From assembly GCA_965237905.1 (NCBI GenBank), contig OZ250172.1, forward strand, positions 2,981,784 to 3,013,783: a stretch of DNA of 32,000 bases. The letters are read 5' to 3'. The notes beneath the pieces were generated by a model that saw only the letters and a list, made by a program, of their open reading frames with translations, made no database searches and was not told the origin of the DNA. The stretch's first letter is position 1. Each line of letters begins with the position of its first letter. This stretch comes from Nitrospinaceae bacterium (GTDB lineage Bacteria > Nitrospinota > Nitrospinia > Nitrospinales > Nitrospinaceae). Both the position numbers and the translations under genes were made by a program. Below are positions 25,601-32,000 of this stretch, in pieces.

Positions 25601-27502
25601 GATCCCAAAACCGGCAAGTTGATTCGCAGTGGCCCGGTAGCGGATATTCATGGCACCGAGCCGGTCGCTTATGCGCGCAACGGCAGTTTCCGCGAACTCG
25701 TGGTGCAACTGCACGATACGGTACCACATAACGCCCAGCTGGTGACAGCGGGGAATCCTCCCGGTCTGTCGCGTGAGAACGCGATTGCCGCGGGTCAGTC
25801 GATTTCCTTTCAGATGCCGACAACCCTGCAGGATGTTGCTTTCCCGCATTTGAATGGCGGCACGCACACCACCGGCGGCGGTTTTAACTTCCGTTCCGCT
25901 TCCCTGGCGGCCCGGTTGGCGGCTAATCCGGATGCTTCGATGCTGTTCAGCAGTAAGGCGCATCGCGATCCTGATACCCCCATGTTAAGGGCTTATCTGG
26001 GGGATAACGTCGTGTTCCGTCTCCTGCACGGGATGCAGAACGAAACTCATACCTTCGTCGTTTCCGGTCACGGTTATCGGCCGGAACGGTATGACAGGGA
26101 TTCCCGCGTGACCAACACGATTCACATAGGAATCGCGGAACGATACGACTTGGCCACCACGGCAGGGGGTTATCAGCAGAGAGCGGGTGATTACCTGATC
26201 TATAACGGCCGTACGTCGCATTTTTCGGAAGGCAGTTGGACTATTTTCCGTGTGTACGACAAGCCGAACAAGAATCTGAGGCCTCTGGAAGGTACCCGCG
26301 GCATTCTACCCAACAAGCCGGTTTGTTCTGCTGGCGCGCCGGTGAAAAACTTCAGCGTGGTAGCGATTGACAAAGCGCTGAAGTTCAATCCGAACACTGA
26401 AGATTTCATCGAGGTGGATTTTGAGCGCAAGCTCATGCTCCACAATCCGAATGGCAAGGTGTTCGTACTGGAAAACGAGGTCAGTAAAGTAGCGGATGAT
26501 AAGGTTATGCCGCATCCGTTGACCTTGCATGTGAACATCGGCGACTGTGTCAAAGTAAAATTGACCAACCGTCTGAAGAAAGGCAAAACGTCCCTGCATG
26601 TGAACAACATGGCGTTTGATCCCAGGGATTCCCAGGGGATCAATGTTGGGTACAACAAGGGCGATCAGACGGTTAAACCAGGTGCGTCGAAAACCTATAC
26701 GTTCTTCGCGCATCCGGGATTCAAGATCAACGGTGGTTTGATCTGGGATTTCGGTGATCTGGTGACCAACGTCCGCGATGGATTGTACGGCGGTATCATC
26801 ATCGGTCCACGTGGTTCGGTGTATCGCGATCCGGAGACCGGGAAAGACGTCTCCCTGGGCAACTCCTGGAAAGCGGATGTTATAGTTGACAAGTCTTATC
26901 CTGAAAATGCGAACCTCGAGAACTATCGTGACTTCGCATTGTACTTCCAGGATGAGGATAATATTCTGGGAACGTCGTTCATGCCTTACCTGCAGAATGT
27001 GGCAGGTCTGACGGGCGTGAACTATCGTCTGGAGCCGTGGACTTACCGCGAAGATGAGGGTTGTGAGCTGGGAAATATGTTCATGCCTTGTGTCGCGGCC
27101 GGATCGGACCCTGCAACGCCGGTATTGAAGGCCCATGCCGGTGACAAGGTGATGATCAACGTGTTCGGGGCTCACAACGAGCAGAACCATATGTTCAACC
27201 TGGACGGCCACCAATGGCGGCGTCATATGGACCAGAATGGTTCCGATATGATCGACGTTCAGCAGTTTGGTGCGGGTGAATATCTCCAGGCGTTTCTCAG
27301 AAGCGGTGCGGGCGGGACGTATCACAATCCCGGCACGTACCTGTGGCTGAACGCCCGGACGCCTTATCAGCAGGCTGGCCAGTGGGGTTATTTCAAGGTC
27401 CTGCCAGCGGGCGACCGGTCCATTCTACCCTTGGGCGGTGCGACTCCGGGCAACCTGAAGTCGGCCTCCAAGCCACAGGATGAACGGCTGTCGATGAAAT
27501 AA
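22604..27502 (+). CDS. Giant (1632 aa) secreted multicopper-oxidase-family protein with many cupredoxin-like domains
   Basis: GGGAGG lies 5 nt upstream of the ATG. Signal peptide ILQVLILMALTVVLGLGTAFA. Copper-ligand motifs: H428-x2-H431-x-H433, H505-C-H507-x3-H511-x4-M516, H825-P-H827 and W-H972-D-H974. Repeated G..G..IVEP and IRAN.G.C motifs also occur. Confidence 0.85.
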   Translation: MATSRNHILQVLILMALTVVLGLGTAFASSSHEGHHGSPVDRPVWLDKLENQIDYEEMMEGKQGDQERLNKTYRGLMDRLKGKLMEHASPASTGGGFHNSWAAHQLQQGYLLGPTEVADQVFRGAHCPAGVPTKIYDISAINVEITLNQWGDYFPGYMYVLTKNIPKVRDEEKRNAKARADALDPGAVTNGLQGDAIQPFVIRANQGECVRIKFHNALEDEDAGFQINGSAMIISKTGAPNTAASKGSIVPSEESQEFEWYIPVDEQEGGHVIVSHAGRDPQALGLVGVFIVEPRGSKYLDPWTGQGLESGWMVMIANDDQKDFREFVIIYHEVGDESFRPLNRHGEMIPQRDPQTDAYRPSARAINFRSEPFGINNLAVQEKMYHFEDESLAYSSYTFGDAPTTIPRSYMGDPAKFRLIHGGGEVFHSHHPHGGTIRWTRSPKREPGIENLITAAYDGPVKYPVVRTTTDRVDVQVIGPAEAIDLETECGSGLCQKLAGDFLFHCHVAHHYVAGMWGYWRVYNTIQNGNYPHGSTDIMRPLKELPDRKGYIPKGVSSDKLVGKTMNWYGKKFKIVDKGNSKWNRDNPIVHIKSWVKYMLPPKGQPGHTSDEKKQILSYDGTVWDYAWKGNRAMSEREISFPMAKFKAPHPGKRHPLQFHPTNGKLAWPHMTPHFGKRVPFARHHGGAPWLEPFHLLPDPGIITKTESGSGRSNARMENSSPAKPGAHGRWSLCPAGAGRKQYNLHFINTPIQLSGAYGKTKPVIDKYGLIYVIDEDMKAVKKDPKKALPLVIRANVYDCVDVLLTSEWNDDDFTNFQMSKINIHPHFFQFDNQSSDGVITGFSYDQSMRSYRQFDKKMKKGHHVGMPVPMNAKVLSNTKRGSKTVKLKMAHHATPFHVGADIIVGIERPNGKDARWVKSMKPAPGKAKDGVYTITFTEGMTHAHKKGEIVSAEFVRYRWWVDADVGLVFWHDHAFGATTWPHGGIGSTIVEPWGSTYHDPKTGKLIRSGPVADIHGTEPVAYARNGSFRELVVQLHDTVPHNAQLVTAGNPPGLSRENAIAAGQSISFQMPTTLQDVAFPHLNGGTHTTGGGFNFRSASLAARLAANPDASMLFSSKAHRDPDTPMLRAYLGDNVVFRLLHGMQNETHTFVVSGHGYRPERYDRDSRVTNTIHIGIAERYDLATTAGGYQQRAGDYLIYNGRTSHFSEGSWTIFRVYDKPNKNLRPLEGTRGILPNKPVCSAGAPVKNFSVVAIDKALKFNPNTEDFIEVDFERKLMLHNPNGKVFVLENEVSKVADDKVMPHPLTLHVNIGDCVKVKLTNRLKKGKTSLHVNNMAFDPRDSQGINVGYNKGDQTVKPGASKTYTFFAHPGFKINGGLIWDFGDLVTNVRDGLYGGIIIGPRGSVYRDPETGKDVSLGNSWKADVIVDKSYPENANLENYRDFALYFQDEDNILGTSFMPYLQNVAGLTGVNYRLEPWTYREDEGCELGNMFMPCVAAGSDPATPVLKAHAGDKVMINVFGAHNEQNHMFNLDGHQWRRHMDQNGSDMIDVQQFGAGEYLQAFLRSGAGGTYHNPGTYLWLNARTPYQQAGQWGYFKVLPAGDRSILPLGGATPGNLKSASKPQDERLSMK

Positions 27503-27542
27503 TTGAAAATAATTGTTGATCGGCAGGACTAAAATGTTTTAT

Positions 27543-27576
27543 AAGGGGCCTCTATTATAGGGGCCCCTTTGTTTTC
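27543..27576 (+). terminator. Rho-independent terminator after the multicopper oxidase gene
   Basis: Stem aaggggcc (27543-27550) / ggcccctt (27562-27569), followed by tgttttc. Confidence 0.7.
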
Positions 27577-27684
27577 ATTTTGGACCTTTTTGTGCTAAAC
27601 TCCGGGGCTTCAAATTCAAAAAAGCGCTTGCTCTCAATCAGTTGAGTTGATTTATTTAATTTTTGTTATAAGGAGATGACAGGA

Positions 27685-28500
27685 ATGATTAGAAAAACCT
27701 TAATTGGATTATTGGTAATCAGTGTGGCCTTGGCTTTTGGCACGGCGGCTTTCGCCAAAAAGTACAAGTATGAAGAAGGCGCCGTCAACGGTGGCGGTTC
27801 TATCAGCGGTTCGGTTTCCCTGAAGGGGAATCCTCCCCCTCCCATCATGGAAGACCTCAACAAAGGTAAAAACGTTGAGTTTTGTGTGACCCATCCGGAT
27901 ACCCAGAAGGGCGGAATGCGTCCCCGTACCAAGGTTGTTGCCAAAGGCGGCAAGCTGAGCGGCGCGGTGGTATTCATCGAGAATCTCACCAAGGGCAAAG
28001 CCTGGAATTGGAAAAACACGAACTTCGATTTCAAAACCTGCGACATTTTCCCGAAAGTGGCTGTGGTTAAAAAGGCTTCCAAAGCGGAGAAAAAAGCCGG
28101 TGGCGTTGCGACTATCACCAACAACGACCCGGATATTCTGCATAACCCGCATGGCTATTCCGTGGTGGGCGCCAGCCGCAAAACCCTGTTCAACAAGCCT
28201 CTGCCCAGCAAAGGCGATGTTGCGGAAGTGAGCAAAAACCTGGCGCGGTTCAAAAAGAAGAAAGACAAACATTTCTTCCTGCAGTGCGACCAGCATAACT
28301 TCATGGAAGCCGATGCCCGCATCGTATGGAATCCTTACTTTGCCGTAACCGGCGCAGACGGATCCTTCAAAATTGCAGATATTCCTGCCGGTAAATACAA
28401 AGTCACCGCGTGGCATCCCTATGTCGGTGAAGTGACTTCGGAAGTGACTGTAGGTGGCGGCGCAGATGCGAAACAGAATTTCACGCTGACCGCCAAGTAG
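27685..28500 (+). CDS. Secreted cupredoxin-like blue-copper protein with a C-terminal CarboxypepD_reg-like beta-sandwich
   Basis: I prefer the ATG at 27685, with AAGGAG 9 nt upstream. Signal peptide MIRKTLIGLLVISVALAFGTAAFA. Candidate type-1 copper ligands: ITNNDPDILHNPHG and LQCDQHNFM (C-x2-H-x2-M). The tail is AVTGADGSFKIADIPAGKYKVTAWHP. Confidence 0.7.
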   Translation: MIRKTLIGLLVISVALAFGTAAFAKKYKYEEGAVNGGGSISGSVSLKGNPPPPIMEDLNKGKNVEFCVTHPDTQKGGMRPRTKVVAKGGKLSGAVVFIENLTKGKAWNWKNTNFDFKTCDIFPKVAVVKKASKAEKKAGGVATITNNDPDILHNPHGYSVVGASRKTLFNKPLPSKGDVAEVSKNLARFKKKKDKHFFLQCDQHNFMEADARIVWNPYFAVTGADGSFKIADIPAGKYKVTAWHPYVGEVTSEVTVGGGADAKQNFTLTAK

Positions 28501-28531
28501 TTTTTTAAAGTAAATTAAGAAGGAAGTTATT

Positions 28532-28563
28532 AAAACGCCGGGACTTTGGTTCCGGCGTTTTTT
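28532..28563. terminator. Bidirectional rho-independent terminator
   Basis: 10-bp stem aaaacgccgg (28532-28541) / ccggcgtttt (28552-28561), with a flanking A-run on one side and a T-run on the other. Confidence 0.7.
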
Positions 28564-28724
28564 ATTGTCCGGAGGTTACTTTTGGAGTTTGTTTTTGATC
28601 GCGATGACTTCTTTGATGTGATCTCTTTCCGCCTTTTCTAATAGGAGGAGAGCGGTTTTGGCTTCGAGGTTGTCGCAGAAATCACCCAGCAGGGAATAAA
28701 ACTCCGCCGAGACCATTTCCGCTT

Positions 28725-29082
28725 CAAGGTGATGATCAACGTGTTCGGGGCTCACAACGAGCAGAACCAGATGTTCAACCTGGACGGCCACCAATGGCGG
28801 CGGCATCTGAACCAGGAAGGTTCGGATATGATTGACGTCGAGGAATTTGGTAGTGGTGAATGAATCCAGGCGTTTCTCAGAAGCGGTGCGGGCGGGACGT
28901 ATCACAATCCCGGCACGTACCTGTGGCTGAACGCCCGGACGCCTTATCAGCAGGCAGGCCAGTGGGGTTATTTCAAGGTCATGCCGCAAGGCGACCGGTC
29001 CATTCTACCCTTGGGCGGTGCGACTCCGGGCAATTTGAAGTCCGCTTCCAAGCCGCAGGATGAACGGCTGTCGATGAAATAA
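28725..29082 (+). pseudogene. Remnant copy of the last 119 codons of the multicopper oxidase gene, with an in-frame stop
   Basis: It aligns without gaps to 27145-27502: 329 of 358 nt identical by hand alignment. A TGA at 28861-28863 replaces a Tyr codon. There is no upstream coding continuity before 28725. Confidence 0.85.
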
Positions 29083-29114
29083 AAACTATTTCATCACTTC
29101 ATCTTGAATTAAGG

Positions 29115-29148
29115 GCAAGGGAACCTTCGGGTTCCCTTGCTTTTTTTT
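29115..29148 (+). terminator. Rho-independent terminator after the oxidase remnant
   Basis: Perfect 11-bp stem gcaagggaacc / ggttcccttgc with a ttcg loop, followed by T8. Confidence 0.8.
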
Positions 29149-29290
29149 GAATGACCGTTTTATCCTTGGAAGGAATTGGGGATTTCTCCAGGTATTCTGT
29201 TGATGCAACTTCAACCATTTTAAGTTATTCTTTTCCTATAAAGTCGAGCTGTTTTCCCTCCTGTAGATCATCTTGGAAATTTCAAAAGCC

Positions 29291-30520
29291 ATGCGGAGAG
29301 CATTAGTAAATTTATTAATTTTCTTAGTATTGTCCTGGTTCTGGGTAGTCGCTGGGGTTGACGCTTCCTCGCAGAATGAGAATATAAGCCCCCTGGCCAG
29401 TCAGGGGCGGCCCTTGTTCCTGCATTACTGTGCCGCCTGCCATGGGGTATCCGGGGATGGAGATGGATACAATGCGGAGCAGTTGGAGAAGGAACCGGCG
29501 GAGCTCTCCAATAAAAAATTCATTGCCAAGAAGAAGGACAGCCAAATTTACCGGGTGATTAAATTCGGAGGCGAGGGGGTTAAGAAGTCACATTTAATGC
29601 CTGTATTCGGCCACACATTGTCTGAGGAGGAGATATGGTCCTTGGTTGCGTATGTCCGGCATCTGGCCGGGGATGAGGATCACCCGGTTACCCTTCCCGA
29701 TAATACTTCCAAAACCCGACCCGCAAACACACCTATATCACATGCTTCTTTGCAGGTTTTCAGGAACTGGTTTTCAAAGAAGGGCAAGGATCCATCCCTG
29801 ATTGATCAGGGAGAAAAGCTATTCCGAAAAAAGAAGAGCTGTTTTGCCTGCCATCAACTGGAGGACGAAGGCGGGCTTGTGGGGCCGGATCTTTCCCGCG
29901 CGGGTTTTTCATATACCCCTGAATGGATTTTTACCTGGATCGGCAATCCACAGAGCGTCAAACCGGAATCCAAAATGCCCAACCTCGGATTGGATGATGA
30001 AGAGTGTCGGGCGATCACGGCTTTTCTGGCCAGTCTCAAAGGCGCGGGAATCAAGAAAAAATGGGATGCTTATCTGACCCCTTCCGGTGATCCCGCCAAG
30101 GGGAAAAAACTGTTTTTCGATTCAGAAGGAAAGGCCAACTGTGGGAAATGCCATACGGTGAGTGGTCAGGGAGGCAAGGTCGGCCCTCACTTAAGCTTTG
30201 TAGGGACCAGCCGGATGAAGGCCTTTTTGTTGGAATCCATTTTGAATCCCAAGGCGGTGATCACCTCGGGATATTCTTCCATATTGATCCTGACCAAAAA
30301 GGGGAAGTTTGTTACGGGCGTGAAGATGAATGAAGATGATTCCTCGATTGACCTGATGGATAAGGAAGGAAACGCACTGCATATTTCCAAGGATGAGATT
30401 AAGAAATATAAAACTCAAAAAATTTCAATCATGCCTGGGAATTTCAAAGATATCCTCACCCAAGATGAAGTCCGCCACCTGCTGGCTTACCTGGGCACCC
30501 TCAAAATCTCCAACGACTGA
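29291..30520 (+). CDS. Triheme c-type cytochrome
   Basis: Three CxxCH motifs: CAACH, CFACH and CGKCH. I prefer the ATG at 29291, which gives the signal/anchor MRRALVNLLIFLVLSWFWVVAGVDA. The third module, CGKCH...GPHL...LLESILNP...SIMP...LLAYL, resembles the planctomycete-type heme-binding domain. Confidence 0.85.
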   Translation: MRRALVNLLIFLVLSWFWVVAGVDASSQNENISPLASQGRPLFLHYCAACHGVSGDGDGYNAEQLEKEPAELSNKKFIAKKKDSQIYRVIKFGGEGVKKSHLMPVFGHTLSEEEIWSLVAYVRHLAGDEDHPVTLPDNTSKTRPANTPISHASLQVFRNWFSKKGKDPSLIDQGEKLFRKKKSCFACHQLEDEGGLVGPDLSRAGFSYTPEWIFTWIGNPQSVKPESKMPNLGLDDEECRAITAFLASLKGAGIKKKWDAYLTPSGDPAKGKKLFFDSEGKANCGKCHTVSGQGGKVGPHLSFVGTSRMKAFLLESILNPKAVITSGYSSILILTKKGKFVTGVKMNEDDSSIDLMDKEGNALHISKDEIKKYKTQKISIMPGNFKDILTQDEVRHLLAYLGTLKISND

Positions 30521-30541
30521 ACCCAGCCTCAAACAGTTATC

Positions 30542-32000
30542 TTATTCCAGTGTCATTTGGACCCAGGTTGAAATGGATTTTTGGGTTCCGGTCTCTTTTA
30601 CATTTCCGTCCCAGGCATTGATCGCGATGGGGATCGTTGCGCCAGCCTCAAACTGAACATCATTACTTTTATCAGAGGTGGTCAATTTCCGCTTCATGAC
30701 CAACTGGTATTGTCCATACCTGAAAATAACTTTGGATTGTACAAGTTGGCTGGCAGGCCGATGTTCACCCTGATGCTGGAGACCTTGAGCATACATTTCG
30801 GTGGTTTTGTTGGGACCGCTGAGCCATTGCCATAAATTGACCGGGTGGTCTTTATCTCCATTCAGGAAGTAGGGCAATGAACCATCGTCCGATTTGCCAG
30901 CTGGAAATTGAATGGCGATGGAGTCGGGATACTTCTGCGGCTTTGGAGCCTCAACGGGATATTTGGCTTCCTCGTCACCCAGCTCCGACTGGAATTCGGG
31001 GGGCAACGGCGGCGGCGGTGATTCCTGGACTTCTGCGATCGTTTTTAAAATGGGGTCGAAGGTGGGATCATCCCACCGCAGTTTGAACGCAATTTTATCT
31101 CCGTTGTAAATCGCTTGTACCCAGACGCTGTCTACGGTTGGGTAAAAATTTTTTTCCGCCGATAAAATTTGACCTCCCAGGGGAATATAGAAAGAAGGGA
31201 CACCTTTCCAGGCGACATCCTCCGGATTCAGAGGCAATGGGGTCTCTATCCTGGTGGCTTTTATTTCTCTGGCCATCCTGGGTTTTTTTGAATTGGACAA
31301 AGTGGTGACGTAGTAGGCTATATCCCAAATGTCCCTGTCTTTATAAATGCGTTTGGAATGTTGCGGCATCGCCGTCGTAGACAGCCCCGTCCGGATGGTG
31401 AGAAAGAGATCTTTGAGCGTACTGCCTCTCCGGAACGCCCAGAATTTGGTCAGGTTTCTAGGACGAATCGCGTCCGATTCAATATCAACATTCCGGTTAG
31501 TCGATTCTCCATCGCTTCGACCCTTTAGGCCATGACAGCCTGAGCAGGTTGCGTCAAAAAACGTTTTTCCACGGTCGAGACTTTGTTGATTAAATGACGG
31601 GGGAGGTTCGACCCTTGTCAGCTTATGAGTCTTCCCCTTTTTTTTAAATTTGGCAAACTTTTTGGAAAGCGTTTTCAAATATAACACGAGGCTTTTTAAG
31701 TCGACCTCAGGGAAATGTTTCCAGGAAGGCATGGTGGTACCGGGCATGCCTCGAACCAGCATTTGATACAAATCGTCATCGGTCGGAATTTTCCCAAAGG
31801 GAGTGGTTCGGAATTTATACTGGCCCTTGATAAAATTTCGCGGGCGCGGGCTGGAGTAAAACGCTGAAACGCCTTTGCCGCTCCCATCCTCCGCATGGCA
31901 GAAGACGCATTTTTCCATATAAACGAGTTTGCCCCGTTCTACCGAGGCCTCGGCAGGAGGGTTGGGAACCGTGGAGTGCTTCATGTTTTCGAAGATAAAT
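30542..32000 (-). CDS. Diheme c-type cytochrome fused to an EB_dh/DOMON-like heme-binding domain, 5' end beyond the window
   Basis: CVFCH and CSGCH are in the N-terminal half. The C-terminal half (DSIAIQFPAG...LPYFLNGDKDHPVNLWQW) resembles the domain found in the ethylbenzene dehydrogenase gamma subunit and NxrC. The frame stays open upstream of the ATG at 31984 up to the window edge, and no signal peptide is seen yet. Confidence 0.75.
   Translation of the reverse strand, partial: FIFENMKHSTVPNPPAEASVERGKLVYMEKCVFCHAEDGSGKGVSAFYSSPRPRNFIKGQYKFRTTPFGKIPTDDDLYQMLVRGMPGTTMPSWKHFPEVDLKSLVLYLKTLSKKFAKFKKKGKTHKLTRVEPPPSFNQQSLDRGKTFFDATCSGCHGLKGRSDGESTNRNVDIESDAIRPRNLTKFWAFRRGSTLKDLFLTIRTGLSTTAMPQHSKRIYKDRDIWDIAYYVTTLSNSKKPRMAREIKATRIETPLPLNPEDVAWKGVPSFYIPLGGQILSAEKNFYPTVDSVWVQAIYNGDKIAFKLRWDDPTFDPILKTIAEVQESPPPPLPPEFQSELGDEEAKYPVEAPKPQKYPDSIAIQFPAGKSDDGSLPYFLNGDKDHPVNLWQWLSGPNKTTEMYAQGLQHQGEHRPASQLVQSKVIFRYGQYQLVMKRKLTTSDKSNDVQFEAGATIPIAINAWDGNVKETGTQKSISTWVQMTLE

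Noticed and set aside
22643-27325. Very long minus-strand ORFs inside the oxidase gene (462 aa at 22643-24031, 225 aa at 24110-24787, 387 aa at 24800-25963, 339 aa at 26306-27325).
   Set aside because: They lie antisense to a + strand frame that carries clear copper-binding motifs. Their products are low-complexity and Arg/His-rich with no motifs. Open antisense frames are expected from the codon bias of a GC-rich gene.
28576-28989. 137-aa minus-strand ORF.
   Set aside because: About two thirds of it is the antisense reading of the oxidase remnant. Only the last 46 codons lie outside the remnant, and those are covered as a low-interest finding.

Overview
This is a 32-kb chromosomal segment with about 27 protein-coding genes. 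I found no rRNA, tRNA, CRISPR array, transposase or integrase. All homology calls rest on motif recognition by eye, with no database search. The gene content (many c-type cytochromes and copper proteins, an HgcA-like gene) suggests a Nitrospina/Nitrospinota-like bacterium, but that is only an impression.

Gene order:
- secA, truncated at the 5' window edge
- a DksA-type zinc-finger protein with a Lys/Ala-rich tail
- a Dabb-domain protein
- a djlA-like gene
- two tandem CorC/HlyC (CNNM) transporters
- thiL
- a small ORF
- a CBS-pair protein
- a secreted DUF1566 protein
- a sirtuin
- an AT-rich accessory operon (about 11.2-14.6 kb): a divergent three-Cys MerR regulator with a textbook MerR operator/promoter, then DUF169, a SAM methyltransferase, an HgcA-like corrinoid membrane protein, a small Cys-rich protein and a tandem YHS/TRASH metal-binding protein
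- an HD hydrolase
- a lone CbiQ/EcfT-like protein
- a membrane protein plus a 643-aa secreted trypsin-like protease
- mtfA, bracketed by an intact cysH and a decayed cysH 3' remnant
- htrA
- a copper/heme redox cluster (22.6-32 kb): a 1632-aa multicopper oxidase, a cupredoxin, a 358-bp pseudogenised copy of the oxidase 3' end, a triheme cytochrome c, and a diheme cytochrome c fused to an EB_dh-like domain

The best candidate for an undescribed system is the MerR-controlled HgcA-like operon, which could be a metal(loid) methyl-transfer system. It has no HgcB ferredoxin and carries an altered cap-helix motif. The second candidate is the giant oxidase, whose copper-ligand motifs come in a permuted order and which has a paralog remnant nearby.
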